64,000 nucleotides of DNA from an uncultured delta proteobacterium (GCA_963812015.1 CAWETI010000003.1:2112001-2176000); one strand, 5' to 3'; numbered from the stretch's first letter, positions 29,154 to 39,799 are shown. The notes: generated from the sequence alone by a model not told the origin. Numbers and translations are program-made.

Positions 29154-31111
29154 CGCTATCTCGATCTGTATATCCGTTTGGGGCCATCGTCGGGCAGGAA
29201 CGGTTGAAAAAATCCCTGATCCTGAACGCCATCAATCCCCGCCTGGGCGGGGTGCTGATCCGGGGGGAGAAAGGTACCGCCAAGTCCACCGCGGCCCGGG
29301 GCCTGGCGGAGTTGCTGCCTCCCATCCGGGTGGTGGCCGACTGCCCCTTCCACTGTGACCCCGGCGAGCCCGAGCAGTGCTGCGATTCCTGCCGGAAACG
29401 GGGGGTCCAGGACGCCCTGCCCACCCGGGAGCGGCCCATGCCGGTGGTGGACCTGCCCCTGGGCACCACCGAGGACCGGCTCCTGGGAACCATCGACCTG
29501 GAGAAGGCCATCAAGACCGGGGAGAAACATTTTGAACCGGGCATTCTGGCTGCCGCCCATCGCGGCATCCTCTATGTGGATGAGGTCAACCTGCTGGACG
29601 ACCACCTGGTGGATGTCCTCCTGGATGCCGCAGCCATGGGGGTGAACGTGGTGGAGCGGGAGGGTATCTCCTTCACCCACCCGGCCCGGTTCATCCTGGT
29701 GGGCACCATGAACCCGGAAGAGGGCGAGCTTCGCCCCCAACTCCTGGACCGCTTCGGGCTTTGCGTGGAAATCGGCGGGTTAAAAGACCCGCAGGCCCGC
29801 ATGGAGGTGGTGGAGCGCCTCCTGGACTATGAAGAAGCCCCCGAATTGTTTATCAATCAGTGGCAACCGGAGCAGGAACGGCTGCGCCAATCCATCACTG
29901 CGGCCCGGGAGCGTCTGGCGGCGGTAAACTTCGCCAAAGACATGCTGAATCTGATCACCACCATCTGCCTGGATCAGGGAGTGGATGGCCACCGGGCCGA
30001 CATTTATATGCTCAAGACGGCCCGCACCCTGGCGGCCTTCCACGAGCGCCAGGAAGTCACCGAAGACGATGTCCGGGAGGCCGCGGAGCTGGTGCTCCCC
30101 CACCGGCTGCGCCGCCAACCCTTCAGCGAAGCCCAGATGGATCAGGAAAAGCTGGAGGAGAGTATCCGCAAACACCAGCAGCAGCACGAACCGCCACCGC
30201 CATCAGATTCTCCGCCCCCGGAGGAACCTCCTCCCCCTCCCCCATCCGAGACGCCTCCGGGAAGCGGGGAAATTTCCTTTGAGGCCGGCTCCCCCTTCCC
30301 GGTGCGCCCCCTGGACCTGCCCCACGACCGCCAGCCCAAGGAGTCCAAGGGCCGTCGCACCCGGGCCGTCACCAACGACCGCAGCGGCCGTTACGTGCGG
30401 GCGGCCATGACCCCGGCGGGGCCGCCGGACCTGGCCTTGGACGCCACCCTCCGGGCCGCCGCCCCTTATCAGCCCGTGCGGGACAAAGGCAACCTGGCCG
30501 TGGCCATTGCTGAGTCCGATCTGCGTCACAAGGTCAGAGAAAAGCGCATCGGCCACCACATCCTGTTCGTGGTGGACGCCAGCGGCTCCATGGGGGCCAA
30601 TCAACGCATGGTGGAAACCAAAGGCGCCATCCTCTCCCTCCTCCTGGACGCCTACCAGAAGCGGGAGCGGGTGGGGCTGGTGGTCTTTCGGGGGGAGCAG
30701 GCCCACCTGACGCTGCCCTTTACCCACAGCATCGAGCAGGCCCGGAACTGCCTGGAGGACCTCCCCACCGGGGGCAAGACGCCGCTCCCCCGGGCCCTGC
30801 AACTGGCTCACGAAGTGATTCAGCGGGAGAAGCTCAAACATCCTAAGGATGCCTTTCTCCTGGTGCTCATCTCCGACGGCAAACCCAATATCAGCCTGGG
30901 AGGCGGCTCTGCCCTGGCCGACACCCAAGAGATGGCGGCGCATCTCCGGGGCCTGGGCGCCAACTCCCTGGTGCTGGACACCGAGGCCGGGTTCCTCAAT
31001 CTCAGTTGCCTTCCCCAGGTGGCCGCCGAACTTAAGGGAAAATACTACAAAATCGAGGACATCCGGGCCTCAGAAGTCGTGGCCCGCATCGACGAGATCA
31101 TGGTCGGGTAA
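29150..31111 (+). CDS. ChlI/ChlD-like chelatase ATPase (AAA+, Pro-rich linker, vWA)
   Basis: [47 protein letters not shown]. Confidence 0.92.
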   Translation: MTLSRSVYPFGAIVGQERLKKSLILNAINPRLGGVLIRGEKGTAKSTAARGLAELLPPIRVVADCPFHCDPGEPEQCCDSCRKRGVQDALPTRERPMPVVDLPLGTTEDRLLGTIDLEKAIKTGEKHFEPGILAAAHRGILYVDEVNLLDDHLVDVLLDAAAMGVNVVEREGISFTHPARFILVGTMNPEEGELRPQLLDRFGLCVEIGGLKDPQARMEVVERLLDYEEAPELFINQWQPEQERLRQSITAARERLAAVNFAKDMLNLITTICLDQGVDGHRADIYMLKTARTLAAFHERQEVTEDDVREAAELVLPHRLRRQPFSEAQMDQEKLEESIRKHQQQHEPPPPSDSPPPEEPPPPPPSETPPGSGEISFEAGSPFPVRPLDLPHDRQPKESKGRRTRAVTNDRSGRYVRAAMTPAGPPDLALDATLRAAAPYQPVRDKGNLAVAIAESDLRHKVREKRIGHHILFVVDASGSMGANQRMVETKGAILSLLLDAYQKRERVGLVVFRGEQAHLTLPFTHSIEQARNCLEDLPTGGKTPLPRALQLAHEVIQREKLKHPKDAFLLVLISDGKPNISLGGGSALADTQEMAAHLRGLGANSLVLDTEAGFLNLSCLPQVAAELKGKYYKIEDIRASEVVARIDEIMVG

Positions 31112-31122
31112 GGTCTAGGCGG

Positions 31123-32658
31123 CTAAGTCGCGGCCTTTGGCCGGCGCTCCTTCCTGGGTCCCTTGGAGTGGGAAAGCTCCCCGGCGCGGCCTCGTTCCGC
31201 TTTAAGGCGCTCCAGGAGCATGGCGGCGGGCTCAAAGTCCCGGCCTTCCCGGCGGGCCAGTTCGGCTTCGGTGGGCACCAGCTCCCCCCGGAAGGCCTTG
31301 GCCAGGACAGCCTGGGTGAGCTTCTCGGCCCGGGCCGTGGCCATGGCCACCCGCGCCTCGATGGCGTCGGCCAACCGGAACAGGGCCTCCACCCGGCGGA
31401 CGATTTCGTGTTGTTCGGCGAAAGGAGGAAGAGGGATGAACACATCGCTCAAAATGGCAATGTTAATATTTTTCTGGGCCGTAGCCGGAGCAAGTTCCGC
31501 TAAATTGTTGCGGGCCATGCGGACGCAATAATCCGAAAATTTGGGATTACAGAGATTATCGTCGCAAATGAGGCCTACGACGCTATCCGGGAAGCAGGCC
31601 GGATAAGTCAGAATCGCTGAAGCTGCAATGTTCGCCGCAATAGAAATAACCACCGTTCCGGCAGGCCAGAGGCGACTTTGGGCAAGCCCTGCCTCGCTGT
31701 ATGTCTGTTTGTGTGTGGTGATTTCCCCATTTGATTGCGCCACATCTCCGGTTTGAATGAAAGGATAGGGACCACCATAGAGATGTGCCGCATCACGAGG
31801 ACGATGCCGGGATTTGCCGCGATTCAACTCCCCCAGAAATGGGAGACGAACCCATTGCCACTCATCCGGGGTGTCCGAAAGAGTCATACGGTCAACAGAA
31901 CCCGGCTCAAGGTTGGCTGGGGGCCTGTGAACTCTACGACCTTCCAAGGTTGCCTGCTGACATTCCGTCCTGTAAAGGGATTGGCGCTTTTTAGTGATTC
32001 GTTCAACCAGTTTCCCAGCAGGTTCCAGGTTGGTTTGAGCGGTGCGCCAATCGGCGGTGAGGCGGCCGGAGCAGGCCGCGGCCAGCACCGACTGCCGGAA
32101 TTGTTTCAGGATGGCGGGGACCTTGGCCAGGCGCTCTTTAGCCGTCTTCAGCCTTTCTTCCAGACCATCGACTTGAGCGATTATTCTTCTTTGTTCTGGT
32201 AGGGGCGGCACCTCAACCTCTATATTATCGAGGTGTCGTTGGCTGATCGCGGTGAAAGTCGACCCGGTACCCTGTTCAGCGATGCTGGCTTCTTTAAATC
32301 GCAAAGAATAGAGAAGCCATTTTGATGGAATCTCACCGGAGGGCTTAATGGCGGCCAGGCCCCGACCGATTGCACACCGCTGATCGGCAATATTTGTTGG
32401 CCCCACGGGGGCACGGATACACAAGAGAATATCGCCTGGGTCGGCGATTTTTGAAGGAGCAGTGCACCATTGTCTAACGGTGGGGTTTAGATCGGCAAAT
32501 TCTTTTTTCCCTTGGAAAAATGGCAGACCATCCTGCTGGTCATTATAGGTATTTCCAGGGGGGGACTGGCCCATTTTGATGGAGGCAATCTCAGGTAATT
32601 TTGCCAGAGTCCATCCCTCAGGCAATTTACATAGATGGCAAGTTTCAGATATTTTCAT
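31123..32658 (-). CDS. hsdS: Type I R-M specificity subunit
   Basis: Two TRDs each followed by conserved PPLPEQRRI / PPFAEQHEI helices; KAFRGEL. Confidence 0.93.
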   Translation of the reverse strand: MKISETCHLCKLPEGWTLAKLPEIASIKMGQSPPGNTYNDQQDGLPFFQGKKEFADLNPTVRQWCTAPSKIADPGDILLCIRAPVGPTNIADQRCAIGRGLAAIKPSGEIPSKWLLYSLRFKEASIAEQGTGSTFTAISQRHLDNIEVEVPPLPEQRRIIAQVDGLEERLKTAKERLAKVPAILKQFRQSVLAAACSGRLTADWRTAQTNLEPAGKLVERITKKRQSLYRTECQQATLEGRRVHRPPANLEPGSVDRMTLSDTPDEWQWVRLPFLGELNRGKSRHRPRDAAHLYGGPYPFIQTGDVAQSNGEITTHKQTYSEAGLAQSRLWPAGTVVISIAANIAASAILTYPACFPDSVVGLICDDNLCNPKFSDYCVRMARNNLAELAPATAQKNINIAILSDVFIPLPPFAEQHEIVRRVEALFRLADAIEARVAMATARAEKLTQAVLAKAFRGELVPTEAELARREGRDFEPAAMLLERLKAERGRAGELSHSKGPRKERRPKAAT

Positions 32659-32680
32659 TTCTAAATTAGTTAGTTAGCAA

Positions 32681-32788
32681 TAGGGCGTGCTGTGCACGCC
32701 GGATTATGGCGGCCATAGGCCGCCCTCTAGGCACAACGCCGCCTCAAGACCGCGGCTACAAAGACATGGCGGGCAATGCCCGCCCTAC
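32681..32788. repeat. Cluster of three REP-like palindromes
   Basis: tagggcgtgctgtgcacgcc, ggcggccataggccgccct, ggcgggcaatgcccgccctac. Confidence 0.65.
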
Positions 32789-34218
32789 ATTTTTGATTCT
32801 GCGGCGTTATCGCCGTTTTCCAACAAGGCCAGGACGGCGTTCAACTCCTGCACCGCTCCCTCTAGTTCAGCGATGGCGTCGGTCACCAGTTCCTCCGGTT
32901 CCGGCAGGTCGTCGGGGTCATCCAGGGAGTCGTCTTTGAGCCAGCGCAGGCCGTCGATCTTGAAATCCCGGGCCTGGACCTCGCTGATGTGGAAGCGCCG
33001 CCAGCGATCTTCGGGGGAGTCGGCGGGACTCCGGCGGCTGCGCCCGTTGGGGTCCGAGCCGTAGCAGCGGACGAACTCGGCAAAGTGCGCTGCGCTCAAG
33101 GGCCGGTCTTTCTTGGTGATGCCCGGCACATTGGTGCGGCCGTCGTAAATCCAGACATTCTCGGTGGGGTAGCCCTTGGTGAAGAAAATGACGTTGGTCT
33201 TGGTGCCGGGGCTATAGGGGGTAAAGGTGCCCCGGGGCAGACGCAGGACGGTATGGAGGATGCAGTCCTCCGTCAGAATTTTGAAAACCTCCCCGGCCTG
33301 ATCGGCAAAGAGGCAGTTGTCCGGCAGGACCACCGCGGCCCGGCCCGCGGGCTTCAAGATGGTCATGAGGTGCTGGAGGAAATTCAACTGCTTGTTGGAG
33401 GTGGAAACGGTGAAATCGTCCCGGTCCGGGGCCTGGTTGGCCCCCTTGGTGCCAAAGGGGGGATTGGTGAGCACCGCGTCGAACTTGGGGCCGGTATAAA
33501 CCTGGTAGATGGAGTCCCCCAGGGCGATTTCCGGCTCCAGGCCGTGGAGGTAGAGGTTCATCAGGGCTAGGCGCCGGGGCCGGGCCACCAGTTCCTGACC
33601 GAAGTAGGTGGCCCCTTTGAGGCGTTTCGCCAGGTCGCGGTCCACCGCGCCGCCCTTCGTCTGCTGCATGAACCATTCGTAGGCGGCCACCAGGAAACCG
33701 CCGGTGCCGCAGGCGGGATCGCCGATGGTAAAGTCCCGGCGGGTGCGGGGATCGGGCTTGAGGACCGCGACCATGGCCTGGATCAAGAGGCGCGGGGTGA
33801 AATACTGCCCGGCGCCTTTCTTGCCTTCGCTGGCGGCTTTTTCCAGCAGGCCCTCAAAGGCTGCGGCCTTTATATCCACTTCCAGAGAAGTCCAATCGGT
33901 ATCGTCAATGAGGCTGATGAGCTTTTTGAGGTTGACGGGATTGTGAAAGCGGGACATGGCCCCGGCAAAGATATCCCCCAGCAAACCCCGGGCCTGACCC
34001 AGGGTGCGCAGGACCTCGAGATAATGGTTGGTGAGGCCGGTGCCGCTCTGATTAACCAGAGCAGGCCAGTCGCAGCCCCGGGGCAGGGTAATATCCCGCT
34101 CGTCGGCCATTTTCAGGAACAGCAGGTAGGTGAGCTGCTCGATATAGTCGCCATAATCGATGCCGTCATGGCGTAAGGTGTGGCAGAACCCCCAAAGTTT
34201 TTGAACAATGTCGCTCAT
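32785..34218 (-). CDS. hsdM: Type I R-M N6-adenine methyltransferase
   Basis: GQYFTPR, DPACGTGGF, NPPF. Confidence 0.95.
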   Translation of the reverse strand: MSDIVQKLWGFCHTLRHDGIDYGDYIEQLTYLLFLKMADERDITLPRGCDWPALVNQSGTGLTNHYLEVLRTLGQARGLLGDIFAGAMSRFHNPVNLKKLISLIDDTDWTSLEVDIKAAAFEGLLEKAASEGKKGAGQYFTPRLLIQAMVAVLKPDPRTRRDFTIGDPACGTGGFLVAAYEWFMQQTKGGAVDRDLAKRLKGATYFGQELVARPRRLALMNLYLHGLEPEIALGDSIYQVYTGPKFDAVLTNPPFGTKGANQAPDRDDFTVSTSNKQLNFLQHLMTILKPAGRAAVVLPDNCLFADQAGEVFKILTEDCILHTVLRLPRGTFTPYSPGTKTNVIFFTKGYPTENVWIYDGRTNVPGITKKDRPLSAAHFAEFVRCYGSDPNGRSRRSPADSPEDRWRRFHISEVQARDFKIDGLRWLKDDSLDDPDDLPEPEELVTDAIAELEGAVQELNAVLALLENGDNAAESKM

Positions 34219-36896
34219 GCGGCTAAAGCCTCGTTAAATTGCTGGATCATCCGGTCCAGTTCACCGGGAAAGACGAGCTGGGCCTTCCCCCAGCCCCCGG
34301 CGTTGAAAAAGACCGGGACGTTGTTGAAGTCGTCGGGCTCAATGGACAGGTTAGCGATTAAATGGTCCCGGATGCGGTCCAGCCATTGCTGCTGCTCCGG
34401 GGTGAACCGGCGGCCGGCGGTGACTTGGCCAAAGGCCCGGGCCACCCGTTCCTCGGCGGTAAACAACGGTTCCTCTTCCCGGGCGGCGTGCTTGACCATG
34501 GAGATAATGTCCACCAGAGCTTTATGATAGGTGAGCTGATGGACCTTTTGCAGGTTGTCCAGAGTGAAGCGCTGGGTGGTGGCGGCCAGCTTCCGGCGAA
34601 GTTCGCTCAGGGGCTGGGTGCCCCAGTCTTGGGGCCGGTCCAGGAGAATTTGAATCGCGTCTATCTGCGCCGGGTTCTCCCTCACAAAACGGGAAAAAGC
34701 GGCCAGATAATCCCCGGGCTTATATTCCTGGCCCGCCCCATTGCGGACCAGCCATTGGGAAGTAACTGTGTCCACGGTTTCGTAAGCCACCAGAAAATTG
34801 CGCGGCGGTCGGGGATAGTTGAGCAACAAATCCTGAAAATCCGGATGGCGCAGCAGAGCCATGGCGCCGGTGAAATCTTCCTGGAGGAGACGAGGCAGGC
34901 TATTGGCGTACCCGGCCAGATCGCCGTTCAGGATAAAAGCGGCGAACAGTTCCCGGGCCTCGCCGGACATCTCCTTCTCAATGCGTTGCAGCCGCTTGAC
35001 CAGGCAGCGGATGTTGTAGGCGCGGTCGCGGTTTTGCCAGATATCGTCAATGATCTGGATAATGGTTTTTGAGGAAGTCTGGGGCGGCTCCGCGGTGATG
35101 GCGGTAGCCTGTTTGAAATATTCCATGAGGGTGCCGTTGAAGCAGTCGAACACCGTGAAATGGGACTTGTCGGTAAATTTTTCGCCTTTACGGGTGCCCC
35201 GGCCCAACATCTGTTCAAAGAGGATGCGGGACTTTACCGGCCGCAGGAAGACGATGAACTCCAAATCCGGAATATCGACCCCGGTGGTCAGCAGGTCCAC
35301 GGTGACCACCACCCCCGGGTTAACCCGATTGCGGAACTCCCGGATTCTTTGCAGGGGCCGATCCACCTTGGCGGTGATCTTTTGGACAAAGGAATCCCCC
35401 TGGCCGAACACGTCCCGGGCAATACCTACCAAGCTGTCGGCATGAGAGGTGTGGGGCAGGTCGTTGACGGCAAAGATCAAAGTCTTGGGAAATCTGCCAT
35501 ATCTCTCTTGATGCTCCAGGGCATACGTCCTGATTTCTTCAATGATTTTGAGGTTGGAATCAGGGGCGGTGACCTTCTGTTCGACTTCCGGGGCCTCAAA
35601 CTGCCGCTCATCCTCCAGCAGATCCAGTTGTTCGAGGCCGGTCTGCGAATCGATAGACCCCACCTGTTCGCCTTCCTGCAAGAAAACCCCCTTCAGGCGC
35701 ACCTCAGAATTGATGGTGACCACATCGTAGTCTACCAGAAACCCTTCCCGCACGGCCCGTTCATAATTGTAGCGGTAAACGATATCTTTAAAATAGGCGG
35801 TGGTGTGGGCCGCAGGGGTGGCCGTCAGCCCGATTTTGATGGCGTCAAAATGCTCCAGGGTGTTGCGCCAGATGGATAACTCGGCGGTGGTATAGCCTCG
35901 ATGACATTCGTCCGCGATGACCGCATCAAAGGCGTGAATGGGGATGTCAAGTTTTTCGGCATCGTCTTCGCTGGGTTCATCGGTGGGGGCGAGAATTGAG
36001 CCACGGCCAAAGAGATTGATGGTCATGCGCTGGATGGTGCAGATATAAACAAAAGCATGGCCGGGCTGAGGATTTAGCAGATATGAGGAGGGCAGGACCT
36101 TGGGGTCGAAATTCTCATCCTCTTCAAAATCATCCCTGAAAAATCCCTGGCTATAGACCTCATAAATCTGATCAAACTTGAGGCCGGGTTCAGGCTCGAA
36201 AGAGGCGAAGGAGCGAACGGCCTGGGCGGCCAGGGCACGGCGGTCCACCAGGAAGAGAATTCGCCGGGCGACGCCGGATTTCATGAGCCGGTAAGCCTGG
36301 TTGACCAGGGTGAAGGTTTTCCCGGTACCGGTGGCCATAGCCACCAGCATCTGGCGTTTCTGCCGGCTGATTGCCTGCTCCATGGCCTGGCTGGCCTCGA
36401 TTTGGTAGGGACGCAGTTTAGGGTGATGGTCGGTATGCGCCGTGAACCAATGGCACCCCGCCTCGAAATCTCGGCTGAACATCTCCCGCAAGGCGGCAGG
36501 AGTATGAAATTGAGATATTTTTCGTGATCTATTCAGGGGATGGCGAACATCTTGGAACCAGAGAACCTCGCCGTTAGTAGAATAGAGGAACGGTACATGA
36601 AAGCCGTCGAAGTTTAAGGGATTGGCAGTAGCTCCCTGCGAGTACCGCTGGGCCTGGGTGAGGACATTCTGAGGCCCGAGGGTTACCTTTTTCGCCTCGA
36701 CGATGCCAAGAATCCGCCCATCAACACAGAGAGCATAATCGGCAGGGCCGTTGGCGGTCTCATATTCTTCAATGGCACAGGTTTGATACCAGCTTAAAGG
36801 ACGTTTTGGGTCGAAGGGGACAATGGTCCAAAATTGGCTTTTAAGTTTGGGGTCGATTCTTTTTTTGCGAGTTTGCCTTTCGCTCTCAGAGTTCAC
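34215..36896 (-). CDS. hsdR: Type I R-M restriction subunit (EcoEI/EcoAI-like)
   Basis: ADY…VEAK nuclease, MATGTGKT, DECHR, TATP, QMLGRGTR. Confidence 0.93.
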   Translation of the reverse strand: MNSESERQTRKKRIDPKLKSQFWTIVPFDPKRPLSWYQTCAIEEYETANGPADYALCVDGRILGIVEAKKVTLGPQNVLTQAQRYSQGATANPLNFDGFHVPFLYSTNGEVLWFQDVRHPLNRSRKISQFHTPAALREMFSRDFEAGCHWFTAHTDHHPKLRPYQIEASQAMEQAISRQKRQMLVAMATGTGKTFTLVNQAYRLMKSGVARRILFLVDRRALAAQAVRSFASFEPEPGLKFDQIYEVYSQGFFRDDFEEDENFDPKVLPSSYLLNPQPGHAFVYICTIQRMTINLFGRGSILAPTDEPSEDDAEKLDIPIHAFDAVIADECHRGYTTAELSIWRNTLEHFDAIKIGLTATPAAHTTAYFKDIVYRYNYERAVREGFLVDYDVVTINSEVRLKGVFLQEGEQVGSIDSQTGLEQLDLLEDERQFEAPEVEQKVTAPDSNLKIIEEIRTYALEHQERYGRFPKTLIFAVNDLPHTSHADSLVGIARDVFGQGDSFVQKITAKVDRPLQRIREFRNRVNPGVVVTVDLLTTGVDIPDLEFIVFLRPVKSRILFEQMLGRGTRKGEKFTDKSHFTVFDCFNGTLMEYFKQATAITAEPPQTSSKTIIQIIDDIWQNRDRAYNIRCLVKRLQRIEKEMSGEARELFAAFILNGDLAGYANSLPRLLQEDFTGAMALLRHPDFQDLLLNYPRPPRNFLVAYETVDTVTSQWLVRNGAGQEYKPGDYLAAFSRFVRENPAQIDAIQILLDRPQDWGTQPLSELRRKLAATTQRFTLDNLQKVHQLTYHKALVDIISMVKHAAREEEPLFTAEERVARAFGQVTAGRRFTPEQQQWLDRIRDHLIANLSIEPDDFNNVPVFFNAGGWGKAQLVFPGELDRMIQQFNEALAA

Positions 36897-36970
36897 AATT
36901 CTTTACCCTGTTGGAGAATTGAAGGTTGCGAGAAAAAATTTATGATTAGGCCCGCATCCAGAACCTTCGT

Positions 36971-37147
36971 TCACTTCGTGCGGTAAACGTTCAAACCCAC
37001 CTTCTCCTGCCGGTCCGGGACGAAGACGTTCCCTTCGGTGGAGGCGATAATGATGCTCTTCTTGGATGACGAGGGGCCGAAATCCTTGGTCAGGTCCACC
37101 TTGATGGTAAGAATGTTCCCCTCCACGGTCATCTCCACGTTTTTCAT
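36971..37147 (-). CDS. Small protein, 58 aa (not in ORF track)
   Basis: MKNVEMTVEGNILTIKVDLTKDFGPSSSKKSIIIASTEGNVFVPDRQEKVGLNVYRTK; GC-rich third codon positions; AAGGGG RBS. Confidence 0.8.
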   Translation of the reverse strand: MKNVEMTVEGNILTIKVDLTKDFGPSSSKKSIIIASTEGNVFVPDRQEKVGLNVYRTK

Positions 37148-37632
37148 GCCATAGTCCCCTTTACCCGGTTATGCCCTTCCATAAAAGTTTCCGGTCAGCA
37201 ACCTGCATATCCTGCATGTATACCTATAATCCCAAATGGACCTCATAGTCAATAAATCTCGGCCCAAGGGGCGGAACACCGGCGCCAAGGCGAGAGGAAG
37301 GTGGGGGGGGTACAGGAGTTAGCCCTGAGCGTTCATCCAGGGCGGTCTGAGGCGCTCCCGGAGAGGGTATGTGGAGGACGCCGCGGGCCTCTATCCTGGT
37401 TGAGGGTCCCGCCGCCAGGCCTCAATGAACGGGCCATAGTCGGGCAGGTGACCTAAGGTGGTCAATTCATGGTTAAGGGAGAGAGTAGGGATCGCCACCG
37501 ACCGCCTTCCCTGGGATAAACTTAATTTTACCCAAATCAGTGTCATAGGGAGGTTGTAGATCAAGCCATCCCCTGGGGCTTAGGCGAAGAATCCCACCAT
37601 TCAGTCCGCCTATCCCCCAATGAAACGGAAAG

Positions 37633-37821
37633 TTAATAGTCCTCTGGATTTTTAATATTAAAAATTTTCAGGATCTCCTCCTTTTGGTCAGGGTAAATTT
37701 TAATGCAATGCCGGACATAGCCTTCCCTGGTGAAATCTTTAAGTTCTTCGGCTTGTCGTCGAACAAGGTCATCAGTGAACTCTTTCCAAGACGTTTGGGT
37801 TTTTCCAGTGTCTTTCATCAT
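37633..37821 (-). CDS. Hypothetical protein
   Basis: 62-aa ORF with AAGGGG RBS. Confidence 0.5.
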   Translation of the reverse strand: MMKDTGKTQTSWKEFTDDLVRRQAEELKDFTREGYVRHCIKIYPDQKEEILKIFNIKNPEDY

Positions 37822-37945
37822 TTTTTCCCCTTTAAAAATTTAGGCCTGATTGGTGGACCTGGTCCTTCGGCCCAGGGGGCTTCACACCCCCCCTGAGGCC
37901 GAGCGTTGCTATGCTTCAAATGACTACATGGCGCCTTCAGGCTTA

Positions 37946-38425
37946 TTAGGGTTCTCCCCAATAGAGGCTTCTTTCCATTCGGTAAAATCGTTTGGTACTG
38001 AGACAGATACAATTCCGGCATTCTCAACAGCTGCCGACTTGCCTTGATAATCGATGGGAGAAGGAGAATATCATCCATTCAGCTACTTCTTGACCGTATA
38101 CTTTGATTAGCTTCTCGTTGGCTTTGTCGAAATCCTCCCTTGAACTACAGCCCCGGAAAAATTCATTCATAATTTTGTCATTCTCTTCTGGCGGCGCATC
38201 CCACCTAAAATTCTTGAGCAGCAATGCACCGTCAAAATCGCCCACCAAGGGGTCTCGAGCCTTACCAAAGGATTTTAATTCACTCAAATGTCTTCCACAG
38301 CCCTCACATCTCCCATCGGCCGGAGGAGGGCTGATGTTTATTCCATCTTTGGGTTTTAAATCTTCTTCACCATCAACACTTTCCAAATTTTCTATCTCAT
38401 TTTCCTCGAAAAGTGATTTTTGCAT
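37946..38425 (-). pseudogene. Putative zinc-binding protein with an in-frame TGA at 38024-38026
   Basis: CEGC near the N-terminus; reading through …VGSC*ECRNCICL…WGEP* adds a second CxxC. Confidence 0.55.
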
Positions 38426-38835
38426 GGCGTATCTCCTTTCTTGTTTGCCCTGATTGTTAGTGGCACAGGAAACCGTCAGTTTCGGCTTTCGATTGAAAAT
38501 CTATCCAGTGCCACGTGCGTATCAGAAAAAATCAATTCAATTAACCGTATCTGATAGTCAATATGTGCAATGAAAATGGACTTAAATTACAGAGTATCTC
38601 GTCGAATTAGTTACACTTTCTATCGTATTCACGCTATTGAGCGAAATTGTTGGAAATAGTTAAAAAAGTATGGAAAAACATGCTAAAAAGGCAGAGGAAA
38701 TTAAATAAATATTCAATAATAATCAATAAATATGGAATATAAAACTGTATAACTTATTAAAACTATTAAATTTTAATTTTATATTAATTTAATTTTAGCT
38801 GATTTTTCGGCCATATTTCCAAATTTCTCAAAAGC

Positions 38836-39153
38836 CTAACCGTCCCCTTGTTCCCTTTCTATTTCCGTCAAAATGATCCCAGCCAACTCTGCCCCCGAGG
38901 CTGTCAAGCTTATTGCCGTGGCCGAATTGGTTAAGTTCTTCCAAATTGTAACCAAACCTCGTTGCCATAATCGGCTAAGCGATCTTGATAAAGAAGCATG
39001 CGCTGTTGCGTACTCACGCTCGCCAATGCTGGCCTTTCTGGAGCCCCATGCCCCAGGCTGCCAGCCCCACAGGGCGGATAGAATGTCATCGTACGTGATG
39101 AACCTTTTCTTGGAGGCCAAGCACAAAATTTGTCGTTGATGGTCTGAAATCAT
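38836..39153 (-). CDS. Hypothetical winged-helix-like protein
   Basis: ASLSRSLSRLWQRGLV…ISLTASG pattern. Confidence 0.6.
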   Translation of the reverse strand: MISDHQRQILCLASKKRFITYDDILSALWGWQPGAWGSRKASIGEREYATAHASLSRSLSRLWQRGLVTIWKNLTNSATAISLTASGAELAGIILTEIEREQGDG

Positions 39154-39191
39154 TGGTTAACCTCTCTTGTTAACCCTAATTATTGGGTCGG

Positions 39192-39614
39192 TTAGGCATC
39201 TTCTTTGCTCGGTTGCGCCGCAAAAAGGTTCCGTTGCCGGGGTTCGCCTCTGACAATCTTCTCCCTGGGGGGGGCCTGGGGTGCCTCACCCTCATTAATC
39301 TTGCGTTTGTTGCTGCTTTTTGAAGCCTCCGCCAACAGATTCCAATCGCATGCCAGACAACGGGGCCGCTGTTCATCGTCGGGGGCAAAGCAGCAACCGC
39401 CGCACTTTGGGCAGTAGCAGCATAAGAAGTCCACCACTTCAGGCTTATTGGCCTTTACCTGGGCCAAGAGGGGCCTCACTTGGGCCGGGTCCAGCTTGCC
39501 ATCGCCCTCATATTTTGCTTTGATGGTGGCACCTGTCAGCGTGAACTTATAGCCCAGGCTGGCCAACGTTTGCACCGCTGCAATGCCGGGGTTGGTTTTC
39601 ATTAAAGCCTCCAT
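39192..39614 (-). CDS. Hypothetical primase-adjacent protein (TubC-N-like domain plus Cys cluster)
   Basis: LASLGYKFTL…LLAQVKANKPEVVDFL, CPKC…CLAC. Confidence 0.55.
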   Translation of the reverse strand: MEALMKTNPGIAAVQTLASLGYKFTLTGATIKAKYEGDGKLDPAQVRPLLAQVKANKPEVVDFLCCYCPKCGGCCFAPDDEQRPRCLACDWNLLAEASKSSNKRKINEGEAPQAPPREKIVRGEPRQRNLFAAQPSKEDA

Positions 39615-39646
39615 AGCGGTCTGCCTCGGGTCCGGGAAACACCGGA

Positions 39647-39740
39647 TGCAGACATTGCAGACATTGAGTTTTCAATGTCTGCGTCCTCTACCCTTAGCCA
39701 TTCCTGGGTTTGCAGACATTGCAGACATTGCAGACATTGT
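39647..39740. repeat. Iteron cluster of TGCAGACAT repeats (putative replication origin)
   Basis: Five direct copies (39647, 39656, 39711, 39720, 39729) and one inverted copy (~39675). Confidence 0.8.
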
Positions 39741-39799
39741 TCTCAGTAAGTCTCCGGGGTTGATGCCAGCTTCCTCTTCAATGCCGTGATGAGGTTCCA

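Noticed and set aside
10063..38026. Genome-wide UGA reassignment suggested by two in-frame TGAs
   Set aside because: TGA is the normal stop of nth, pheS, rpmI, hsdR and cobN in this window
38460..38830. Gene or ncRNA in the very AT-rich island spacer
   Set aside because: No ORF of note or stable fold seen; at most a promoter or unwinding region
39647..39740. CRISPR array
   Set aside because: 9-bp tandem units without unique spacers and no cas genes; better explained as iterons
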